A DNA stretch of 24,758 nucleotides from a virus (taxonomy: Duplodnaviria > Caudoviricetes), in IMG/VR virus record IMGVR_UViG_3300017704_000275, positions 1 to 24,758 of that record, one strand, 5' to 3'. Of this stretch, positions 1-6,591 are shown in pieces (the first letter of the stretch is position 1; the number at the start of each line of letters is the position of its first letter). Under the pieces are notes generated by a model. That model searched no databases, was not told where the DNA came from, and saw nothing but the letters and a program-made list of their open reading frames with translations. The position numbers were made by a program, and so were the translations under genes.

Positions 1-1
1 T

Positions 2-457
2 AGATTAATGAGAGGAGAATATCCTCACTTTGCTGATGCAGCTAAACGATATGTGGGTAAAGAAACATGGAACAAACTCACGCTTGATAGACAAAAGATT
101 CTCACTAACATGGCATATAACATGGGTGAAACAGGTTTAAATCAATTTAATGATTTAAGAACTGCTTTACAAAAAGGTGATTATGAACAGGCCGGTGAAG
201 AAATGATGAGTTCAAAGTGGGCTGGCCAAGTTAAAGGAAGAGCAGATAGACTTACTGCAAGGATGAAGAATACTTCTGGTAATCAATTAGCTGCTAGTGC
301 AACTGAACAAGGAAATTTACAAGCTCGTGTAAATGGGGGGGCTGGAAATACTACAATAATTAAAGGTGGGGATACTAATTCAAGCAGCGACTATCATATA
401 CCTAAGGATCCAAGGAATGATAATGTTGGCAAAAGTCATGCAGAAAAAAATAGATAA
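2..457 (+). CDS. C-terminal part of a protein with a T4-lysozyme-like (GH24-type) domain, probably a tail/baseplate-associated muramidase; 5'-truncated by the window edge
   Basis: RQKILTNMAYNMG...F...AGEEMMSSKWAGQVKGRADRL matches the C-lobe of T4 lysozyme/gp5-type domains. The frame is open to the left edge (AGA TTA ATG). The low-complexity G/N/S/T tail is typical of T4-like baseplate hub/tape proteins lying convergent with gp32. Confidence 0.7.
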   Translation, partial: RLMRGEYPHFADAAKRYVGKETWNKLTLDRQKILTNMAYNMGETGLNQFNDLRTALQKGDYEQAGEEMMSSKWAGQVKGRADRLTARMKNTSGNQLAASATEQGNLQARVNGGAGNTTIIKGGDTNSSSDYHIPKDPRNDNVGKSHAEKNR

Positions 458-461
458 AGAA

Positions 462-487
462 TAATGGGGGCTTCGAAGCCCCCATTA
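462..487. terminator. Perfect 26-bp palindrome, likely a bidirectional terminator between convergent genes
   Basis: TAATGGGGGCTTCGAAGCCCCCATTA is its own reverse complement and sits between the stops at 457 (+) and 493 (-). Confidence 0.8.
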
Positions 488-492
488 CCAAT

Positions 493-1338
493 TTATTGTT
501 CTGCTAACTTCTTAAAGTAATCCAACGAATCATCATTAGATGATTCTTTTACAGCAGGTTCTACTGCATCCTCAGATTCAATACTTTCTTCAAAATTAGA
601 ACCAGAACCAACCACAGTATTAAACCGTGCCTCCAATTCTTGATAAGACTTGAAGTTATCCGCACTCACCAAATCTTGAAGTGAATGCTGTTGATTCCAA
701 ATAGCTTCACATTTCTCATCATCACCATCAAACAACTTAGATTGATCAGCAAATTCTGACTTATCATAATTCACATAACCATCTACTTGTCGGATTTTTA
801 TTTTGAAGTTTGCACCTTCCCAGAAGTCGAAAGGATTCAGTGGAGTTTCATCTTTGAATTCTGGATTCATAACACCAGTAATCTTCTCAAAGATTTTCTT
901 ACCATAACGAAAGAGAAACACCTTACCTTCGTTTTCCTTATTAGCACTATCCTCTAACACAAGAATGTTGGAATAATAACTTAGTTTACGTTTACGATCT
1001 CTGGCAATATCTTTATCAGAATCAATACCAGAGTTCCACAATGTTGTGTTTGCTTTTGATACGGGATCATCTTTACCAAGAGTGGTCAAAGAGTTTTCGA
1101 TATACCATCCGCCTGGGCCTTTGAAGCCATGTGACCACATTTGAACCCAAGGTACATCTTCATTGTTAGAGGCAGGAAGGAAACGAATAACGGCATAACC
1201 GTTACCAGACTTATCACGTTCACATTTCCAAATACGATCATCACCATAGGTAGGTTTTTCGGCAAGTTTCTCAACTTGTTTAGAGAGGCTCTCTAGGTTG
1301 GACATTCTATTCTTTTTTAAATCTTTAAAACTAGACAT
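493..1338 (-). CDS. gp32: T4-like single-stranded DNA-binding protein gp32
   Basis: DDRIWK..DKSGNGYAVIRFLP, WYIENSLTTLG..DPV, RKRKLSYYSNI, YGKKIFEKI, PFDFWEGANFKIKIR, NYDKSEF, and an acidic tail ending DYFKKLAE. SD AAGGAG upstream. Confidence 0.97.
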   Translation of the reverse strand: MSSFKDLKKNRMSNLESLSKQVEKLAEKPTYGDDRIWKCERDKSGNGYAVIRFLPASNNEDVPWVQMWSHGFKGPGGWYIENSLTTLGKDDPVSKANTTLWNSGIDSDKDIARDRKRKLSYYSNILVLEDSANKENEGKVFLFRYGKKIFEKITGVMNPEFKDETPLNPFDFWEGANFKIKIRQVDGYVNYDKSEFADQSKLFDGDDEKCEAIWNQQHSLQDLVSADNFKSYQELEARFNTVVGSGSNFEESIESEDAVEPAVKESSNDDSLDYFKKLAEQ

Positions 1339-1414
1339 ATTATTACTCCTTTTATTTCGTTATATTATTTTTGTATTACTCTGTATCATTATATAGTTTT
1401 GATAGGCCTCCTTT

Positions 1415-1621
1415 CTAAATTGGAAGTTTTGGCTCTTGTTTCATCATGTTCAATGACTGTGCCTCTGCTTCAACTTTATCTTTAATAGATTTGTTTAACA
1501 TTTTAGCTACTCCTTCAATTTCACCATCAATTCTATTAGTATATTCCAGAATAGCATCCATGTAAGTTATCTTTTTTTTCTTAACTATTTCTTCAATCGT
1601 TAAAGAGATATCAATACTCAT
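1415..1621 (-). CDS. gp33: T4-like late transcription co-activator gp33
   Basis: IEEIV....ITYMDAILEY....IE.VAKMLNKSIKDKVEAEA..LN.....KLPI pattern, size, and position next to gp32. Confidence 0.88.
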   Translation of the reverse strand: MSIDISLTIEEIVKKKKITYMDAILEYTNRIDGEIEGVAKMLNKSIKDKVEAEAQSLNMMKQEPKLPI

Positions 1622-2172
1622 CGCATAGCCTTTACATTATCACAAATACCAAGTTTCTTAGCTTCTTTACCACTCAACCAAACATCATGAGGTGGTAGTA
1701 AATACTCTCTAATTTGTTTCTCATTCAATCCAGTGCATTTCTTATAATGTAATAACATTCTTTCCGTAGTCAATTCATACTCTCTTACAGTAGAAAACAG
1801 TTCATGCTCTTTACCATAAGACCCCCAAGTATATTGGTGACTCATTATAGAAGTATTAGGTGTTAATGTTCTATAACCTGTCTCACCAGCAATAAACATT
1901 GCGAAAGCTGCTGATGCAATCATTCCCAAACCAACAGTTCTTATTGGTATTGGACTACCCCTCATAATATCTATTACTGCGAAAGCTGCATTTAAATCAC
2001 CACCACCTGAATTAATAATTATCTGTAAATACTTAGGTCTTGGTTTTGTTAAGTTTTTAGTGATAATAAAAGAAATTAAATCTCTACAAGTCTCATCATT
2101 CACTGGACTCATGAACAAATATATATTATCGTCTTCTGTAGTCGAAGGAATTGGTTCTGAATTCTTAGCCAT
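1618..2172 (-). CDS. clpP: ATP-dependent Clp protease proteolytic subunit (ClpP family)
   Basis: IINSGGGD (INSPGG-like), GMIASAA (catalytic Ser), IMSHQ (His), HDVWLSGKEAKKLGICD (Asp). Start moved from 2196 to 2172 because of SD GAAAGGA at 2185-2179. Confidence 0.9.
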   Translation of the reverse strand: MAKNSEPIPSTTEDDNIYLFMSPVNDETCRDLISFIITKNLTKPRPKYLQIIINSGGGDLNAAFAVIDIMRGSPIPIRTVGLGMIASAAFAMFIAGETGYRTLTPNTSIMSHQYTWGSYGKEHELFSTVREYELTTERMLLHYKKCTGLNEKQIREYLLPPHDVWLSGKEAKKLGICDNVKAMR

Positions 2173-2192
2173 AGGTGTCCTTTCTGCGTTAT

Positions 2193-2714
2193 TCATCTGT
2201 TAAGTGCATCTATGTAAAATATATGATCACCAATTGTAGAAAATTTTAACATTTTCTTATTCCAATAAGGGTCAACATCTATTCTATGATAATGAGTAGC
2301 ACCGTGTAAGAAATCCCTCATAGGATTCCTCAACATAGCACGAGCTATTAATAAAGAAATGTCCCACGACATTTTATCTCTAGGTGTATCACTTTTTCCA
2401 TCACAAAACCAACTAAAATGACATTTATATAATACTAGTTTTCCATTCTTTCTATTTGCTTGTTCTACAACTTTACAGATACTATTTGGAAATCGTTTAC
2501 TTTTGACTCTATTTATAGTGACTAATGCAACTGCTATTTGACCTTTGGGTTTTTGATCTCTAGCTTCAAAGTAAATATTTTTTGCAAGACAATTAACATC
2601 TTTAACACTATAGATTGTTCTTTTATGCATCTTTGACGAATGACCCCACCGATCGGTGGAAGAATATCCACTACACATAATTAAAACAAAACATAACAAA
2701 ATAAATTTCTTCAT
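2193..2714 (-). CDS. SleB/Hydrolase_2-family cell wall hydrolase with N-terminal signal or anchor
   Basis: CLAKNIYFEAR, GQIAVALVTINRV, RFPNSICKVV.Q, FSWFCDGKSD, GATHYH, PYW, IGDHIFY; hydrophobic N-terminus MKKFILLCFVLIMC. Confidence 0.9.
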   Translation of the reverse strand: MKKFILLCFVLIMCSGYSSTDRWGHSSKMHKRTIYSVKDVNCLAKNIYFEARDQKPKGQIAVALVTINRVKSKRFPNSICKVVEQANRKNGKLVLYKCHFSWFCDGKSDTPRDKMSWDISLLIARAMLRNPMRDFLHGATHYHRIDVDPYWNKKMLKFSTIGDHIFYIDALNR

Positions 2715-2724
2715 ACGATCACCT

Positions 2725-2762
2725 AAAAAAAAGAAAAAGGGAGGGGTTCAAAAGAACCCCCC
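2725..2762 (-). terminator. Rho-independent terminator downstream of the 70-aa gene
   Basis: Minus strand GGGGTTC-TTTT-GAACCCC followed by TCCCTTTTTCTTTTTTTT. Confidence 0.85.
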
Positions 2763-2778
2763 ACAACCCCCATTTCAT

Positions 2779-2991
2779 TTATGCTGAATAAAACTTACTC
2801 AGCTTAGCACGGATGGAACCAACCGTCTTTGAACCACCGACAATATCGGCGTTCTTGAAAGATACCTCACCCGTTGCTGGGCTAGTATACATTTCAACCC
2901 ATCGAGGAAGACCTGTCAATTCAGCTTCCGTCCTGGTGATCCTACGTGCATTCTTACGACCGACTCGCGGCATACCATGTTTAGAACTCAT
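2779..2991 (-). CDS. Small basic hypothetical protein (70 aa), monocistronic unit
   Basis: SD AAGGAG upstream, own promoter (3084-3112) and terminator (2725-2762); Arg/Lys-rich N-terminus. Confidence 0.8.
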   Translation of the reverse strand: MSSKHGMPRVGRKNARRITRTEAELTGLPRWVEMYTSPATGEVSFKNADIVGGSKTVGSIRAKLSKFYSA

Positions 2992-3083
2992 TTCACATAC
3001 TCCTTTTTAATTAACAAACAATGATGAACCATTCATCACTTCACAATAATCAACCAATAGTTGATTTCCTAATTGTTATATAC

Positions 3084-3117
3084 ATTATAACAAATTATGC
3101 TACATAATACAAGGAAG
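3084..3117 (-). promoter_or_regulatory. Sigma70-like (early) promoter P1
   Basis: CTTCC-TTGTAT (3112-3107), 17-bp spacer, TATAAT (3089-3084) with a TGn extended -10. The same motif recurs three more times. Confidence 0.85.
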
Positions 3118-3121
3118 AAGT

Positions 3122-3423
3122 TGGCTCGTTCTGTTGCAAGGTGAGCCTGACCCCAGCGACTTACGCCGCTATTGCATAATCGTATTGATTAGCGTTTATG
3201 TTTTGGATTGATTTTTTACAAGGCCAACAATCCATCCTTGTGCTGTCTTATAGTTTCCATTCTCCTGTCGAAACCTAGTCGCCCCCATACTGATAACTTG
3301 AGGAGTCGCTGATCCTTCCGTTATCCGATTGGTTTCTCAATCGTAGTCAGCATCTAAATATGGTGGAGGCGCGGGGAATTGCACCCCGGTCTTGAAAAAC
3401 TTTCACCACAAGATTATACAGCA
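3122..3423 (-). ncRNA. ssrA: Circularly permuted (two-piece) tmRNA gene: acceptor piece about 3423-3361, intervening segment 3360-3287, coding piece 3286 to about 3122
   Basis: The acceptor piece ends GAC-CGGGG-TGCAATT-CCCCG-CGCCTCC-ACCA (3361) and lies UPSTREAM of the tRNA-like 5' end GGGGGCGACTAGGTTTCGAC (3286). GGGGGCG pairs with CGCCTCC, giving G3:U70. PK1 = ACAAGG/CCTTGT plus TGGATTG/CAATCCA. Tag reading frame 3193-3161. Terminal pseudoknot GGGGT/ACCTT plus GGCTC/GAGCC around GCAACAGAA. Confidence 0.93.
3161..3193 (-). other. tmRNA tag reading frame, (A)ANQYDYAIAA*
   Basis: ATAAAC-GCT AAT CAA TAC GAT TAT GCA ATA GCG GCG TAA directly after PK1. The stop lies in the loop of hairpin AGCGGC-GTAA-GTCGCT. 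C-terminal YAIAA resembles E. coli YALAA. Confidence 0.9.
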
Positions 3424-3926
3424 ATTTCTTGTCTAACCACATTAAACATATCTTCTTTTGTTCCATTATTGTAAATAGTCATATCAATATTATTGGGACT
3501 CAAACCACCCTCACTAGAATGTTTATTTTCATAAATAGCTTCTTTTTCCCTAACAATATTTATAATAGTACCCCCTCTATTGTGAATAAAAGTAGCTTCA
3601 TTATCAAAACGAACATCAGTAATTACAACAGTACGGCCAGGGTGTTTATTGATAAACATTTCAGCATTTTTAATCCAAATATTAGGATCAATACCCCTAC
3701 CAATCTCTGTACCAAGTAACTGATATATTTTCCTCGGTGAAATACCCCAAGGTTCTATAGGAACCTCTTTATTCTTTATTTGAGCTTCAGATAGATTAAA
3801 CATAATTTTTGCTCCCTCTTTAAGAGGTTTAGCAAAGTAATAATGTAAACATAGATATTCATCACATAAGTATTTACCGAGTGTATCTTTACCGGAACCA
3901 GCTTTACCAGAAATACCAATTAACAT
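3414..3926 (-). CDS. Deoxynucleoside monophosphate kinase (T4 gp1-like)
   Basis: LIGISGKAGSGKDT P-loop, FAKPLK, SPRKIYQLLGTE.GR, VITDVRFDNEA, H.SE. Start moved to 3926 because of SD AAGGAG. Confidence 0.9.
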   Translation of the reverse strand: MLIGISGKAGSGKDTLGKYLCDEYLCLHYYFAKPLKEGAKIMFNLSEAQIKNKEVPIEPWGISPRKIYQLLGTEIGRGIDPNIWIKNAEMFINKHPGRTVVITDVRFDNEATFIHNRGGTIINIVREKEAIYENKHSSEGGLSPNNIDMTIYNNGTKEDMFNVVRQEIAV

Positions 3927-3967
3927 AGGCTCTCCTTTTGAGTTTGATAAACCAAAAATGGGAAACA

Positions 3968-4150
3968 TTATTTAGATTCCCCCCTATGATGGTCTGGCCC
4001 ACGTTTGACTTCATACTTCCAGATATGCTTAGGAAGTTCACCCGTTTTCTTATCACGAACTGGAATATATTTTTCTAACTTATTCCGATACGCTTTCGCT
4101 TCTGTCTTCTTTTCAAAATACTCTTTTCTAACTTTAAAAAGTTTCTTCAC
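3968..4150 (-). CDS. Small basic hypothetical protein (60 aa)
   Basis: Co-oriented, overlaps the upstream gene, GGAG SD before a GTG start. Confidence 0.6.
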   Translation of the reverse strand: MKKLFKVRKEYFEKKTEAKAYRNKLEKYIPVRDKKTGELPKHIWKYEVKRGPDHHRGESK

Positions 4151-4400
4151 TATATTTCTCCACTTTATAATTATATAGAATGGTATTAACTAATAACTCC
4201 TTGCACATCTTATCTATTTTTTCTCTTTGTTCATCCTCGGTAAGTTTATCATCTAAATCAATATAGAATGCTTTTCCCATCTTTAATTCAGAAGCTTCAT
4301 TAAACCCAAGATCATGTAAACAATTTAATACTACTCCTTCATCTGATCCTTTTACACCGGGTCTTAATAATGTTGTAATTGTCCATTTCAACAGCCACAA
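4134..4400 (-). CDS. purS: Phosphoribosylformylglycinamidine synthase subunit PurS-like protein (divergent)
   Basis: LRPGV....G......L..LGF......KMGK.F.I.L ... DKMCKELLVNTI..NYKVE matches PurS length and pattern, although the DP.G and NPVIE motifs are altered. Confidence 0.78.
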   Translation of the reverse strand: MWLLKWTITTLLRPGVKGSDEGVVLNCLHDLGFNEASELKMGKAFYIDLDDKLTEDEQREKIDKMCKELLVNTILYNYKVEKYSEETF

Positions 4401-4651
4401 TCCTCATCTGCGTCCCTATTACATTTATCATTAGATTCCTCTAATACATTATCTTTATTTTTCTTTAATTCATTTAAGGCCAGCTCAAATACACTAATTA
4501 ATTCTTCAACATCATCACCGACAAATCTTAATGCAGAAATATCAGTAATGTTATCTACGTTTCCATCTTCATCATAATATGCTTCCACAGCTTTATATTC
4601 CTGTGGGCTTATTTTTAAAATTCTATAACTCCAATGTGGGTTCCATTTCAT
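4388..4651 (-). CDS. Hypothetical protein (87 aa)
   Basis: Tightly packed in the operon; W.YRI....EAYYDEDG pattern seen in small phage proteins. Confidence 0.7.
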   Translation of the reverse strand: MKWNPHWSYRILKISPQEYKAVEAYYDEDGNVDNITDISALRFVGDDVEELISVFELALNELKKNKDNVLEESNDKCNRDADEDCGC

Positions 4652-4652
4652 A

Positions 4653-5015
4653 TTATTTTTTCAACCATCGCCATGCAACTACTAATACAATAATACCCAA
4701 AACTCCGTACAATGCTTCAAATCCAATTGGATCCATCCAATGAGAAGGTTTTGCATTAACAACTTCTATTGGCATCTCTACAAGTTCTACATTACCAAAT
4801 TCTTCAGGAGTATCAACTACTGGTGGCAACTCTACAACAGTTTCTAATGATGGCAATTCTACTGATTCAAGGATGATGTGACCATCCACTGGTAATTCTT
4901 CTGGTGGCCACTCTACAGTTTCAGGTGCTACCCACTCCTCTTTTGCTTCCACAACATCTCCATTTTCATCATATGTTTCCCAATCTTGTGTTTGGTTATT
5001 CCAACGCTCAGACAT
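4653..5015 (-). CDS. Acidic Glu/Pro/Val-rich protein with a single C-terminal transmembrane anchor
   Basis: SD AAGGAG; ends ALYGVLGIIVLVVAWRWLKK; first gene after promoter P2. Confidence 0.75.
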   Translation of the reverse strand: MSERWNNQTQDWETYDENGDVVEAKEEWVAPETVEWPPEELPVDGHIILESVELPSLETVVELPPVVDTPEEFGNVELVEMPIEVVNAKPSHWMDPIGFEALYGVLGIIVLVVAWRWLKK

Positions 5016-5053
5016 AATTTACTCCTTTCTTATCTATTCTTAATTATATATCT

Positions 5054-5087
5054 ATTATACGATATATTGAGACCAAATACAAGGAAG
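5054..5087 (-). promoter_or_regulatory. Sigma70-like (early) promoter P2
   Basis: CTTCC-TTGTAT (5082-5077), 17 bp, TATAAT (5059-5054). Confidence 0.85.
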
Positions 5088-5101
5088 AACTTGTATTTAG
5101 T

Positions 5102-5151
5102 TAAGTTATTGAAAAATAAGGGGTTATAAACCCTTTAGAAACAATGACTTA
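5102..5151. repeat. Two back-to-back 25-bp imperfect palindromes
   Basis: TAAGTTATTGAAAAATAAGGGGTTA (5102-5126) and TAAACCCTTTAGAAACAATGACTTA (5127-5151); related copies at 15075-15162. Confidence 0.8.
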
Positions 5152-5167
5152 CAGACACGCTTAGCGT

Positions 5168-5255
5168 CGATTTGACGTTATATTATGGAAGACATACCCA
5201 GGTATGTCTTTTCAGGAAAAACGTCTTAAATCGTCTTTAAATCGTCTTAAATCGT
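5168..5255. repeat. Nested inverted repeat plus three tandem 10-11-bp direct repeats
   Basis: AAGACATACC-CA-GGTATGTCTT (5189-5210); outer arms CGATTTGACGTT (5168-5179) and AACGTCttAAATCG (5220-5233); CGTCTT(T)AAAT x3 (5222-5252). Confidence 0.75.
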
Positions 5256-6257
5256 ATATCTGACCAAGTTCTGCTCGAACTCCTTTAGTCGCTTCCAAAC
5301 AGACCTCAATTCAGTTATTGTAGTAAATTGATATAAAAATACCCCAAATCCTTCATGTACTTTCCTGAAAGCATTACTGACTTGAACCACAACCCCTAAG
5401 GTGATAAGTTTGGTGAAAAGTCCCGGCCCAACCAAAAGATAGGGAACTATAACCATGAATTGATCATAGCTATTTATCCATATATCAACATAGCCATAAT
5501 GGTTGAAGAGCCTCTGATAGTTAAATTTAATTCCTGTAAATAGTTCTAAAATAGTTTCTGGTTTTGAATAAGTGTTTTTATCATCTTCACCAAATACTAA
5601 TTCTTTTCTAAATGCAGCTTCAACTTTCTGGTTATTGTATTCAAGTCCTGGCAACTTTGCACCAACGAACCATGTAATAATCAATCCACCAATAGAAACT
5701 ACTAATGCAAACCAAACTAATGAACCTTCTTTCATACCCATAAATGGAATATCTGTTTTAGCACTTAGTTGCCATAAAACAGGTATAAATGCTATCAATG
5801 TCATTATAGAACGAACAATCTGTAATCCAAGTCTTTCTATAATATCAGCAAACTTATGAGTATCTTCCTGTATTCTCTGTGAAGCACCTTCAATATCTTC
5901 TGTAACATTTCTCCACTTAGGTAAGTAGTCAAAGGTTATAGCTTCTCTCCAACGTAAACCATATACCCTTGTAAACCAATTTGTAATGGTAGCAATAATA
6001 ACATACGGCATTGCTAACATAAGAAATGATTTATCTTCAATATTAGTTGATATGAGTTTTTGATAGAATAAATCTATACCAACTTGTGACTTATCAAAGT
6101 ATGTTGCTGAGTTCTGCATTAAATCGTAAAAGCCACCATACCATGCGTTAATAGCTACAGTTAGTGATACTTGTATCCATAATGAAGATAACAGAATAAA
6201 CAGGCCACCCCACGCCCACAAGCCCCATTTTTTAGTACAGAAAAATGATTTAATCAT
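5247..6257 (-). CDS. sbmA: SbmA/BacA-family inner-membrane peptide transporter
   Basis: M..SFF, INAWYGGFYDL.Q, WREA....Y...W, IEGASQRIQEDT..FA, TLIAFIPVLW.LS, KLPGLEYNNQKVEAAFRKELV.GED; multiple TM helices and no NBD. Confidence 0.92.
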   Translation of the reverse strand: MIKSFFCTKKWGLWAWGGLFILLSSLWIQVSLTVAINAWYGGFYDLMQNSATYFDKSQVGIDLFYQKLISTNIEDKSFLMLAMPYVIIATITNWFTRVYGLRWREAITFDYLPKWRNVTEDIEGASQRIQEDTHKFADIIERLGLQIVRSIMTLIAFIPVLWQLSAKTDIPFMGMKEGSLVWFALVVSIGGLIITWFVGAKLPGLEYNNQKVEAAFRKELVFGEDDKNTYSKPETILELFTGIKFNYQRLFNHYGYVDIWINSYDQFMVIVPYLLVGPGLFTKLITLGVVVQVSNAFRKVHEGFGVFLYQFTTITELRSVWKRLKEFEQNLVRYTI

Positions 6258-6568
6258 AGATCATATTCATCCATTGCTTTTGGGATAGCATCTTCATACC
6301 ACGATTCCATCCCTAGTCTTTGATTAGAACAATCCAATTTCACTGAAAGATTATATTGACGAACAGGAATATTCTCAAGATTGAGTTGTAGTGGTCTATT
6401 GCAACCTACGCAGTCTTGTGTCTGTGGTTTTATTTCTATTGCTAATTGTATTGGGATATTCTTTTGATGAAAATAATCATTAACAGCATTTTTATGACTC
6501 ACTTGAACATTATTTCTTTTTTCACAAATAGGACAATAAAACATGATAGTATCATATGTGTATTTCAT
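6254..6568 (-). CDS. Hypothetical protein with two CxxC pairs (putative Zn-binding)
   Basis: CPIC...CVGC. Start moved to ATG 6568 (GAAAGG SD) because the ORF-track N-terminus runs through the tRNA. ATGA overlap with sbmA. Confidence 0.72.
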   Translation of the reverse strand: MKYTYDTIMFYCPICEKRNNVQVSHKNAVNDYFHQKNIPIQLAIEIKPQTQDCVGCNRPLQLNLENIPVRQYNLSVKLDCSNQRLGMESWYEDAIPKAMDEYDL

Positions 6569-6591
6569 AACAAACCTTTCATTAAAAATTA

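Noticed and set aside
3287-3360. Hammerhead ribozyme in the tmRNA intervening segment (CTGA...GAAA)
   Set aside because: The core reads CUGACUA rather than CUGANGA, and GAAA lies in a hairpin loop, not in the junction.
3361-3390. tmRNA/tRNA 3' end as an isolated attP or att-site fragment
   Set aside because: It pairs specifically with the downstream 5' piece (acceptor stem, helix 2), and no integrase is in the window, so it is part of a permuted gene.
3557-3564. T4 late promoter TATAAATA (minus strand) upstream of the tmRNA; other copies at 2510-2517 and 12786-12793
   Set aside because: All are intragenic, and several copies of this all-A/T 8-mer are expected by chance in such AT-rich DNA. 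Not supportable without TSS data.
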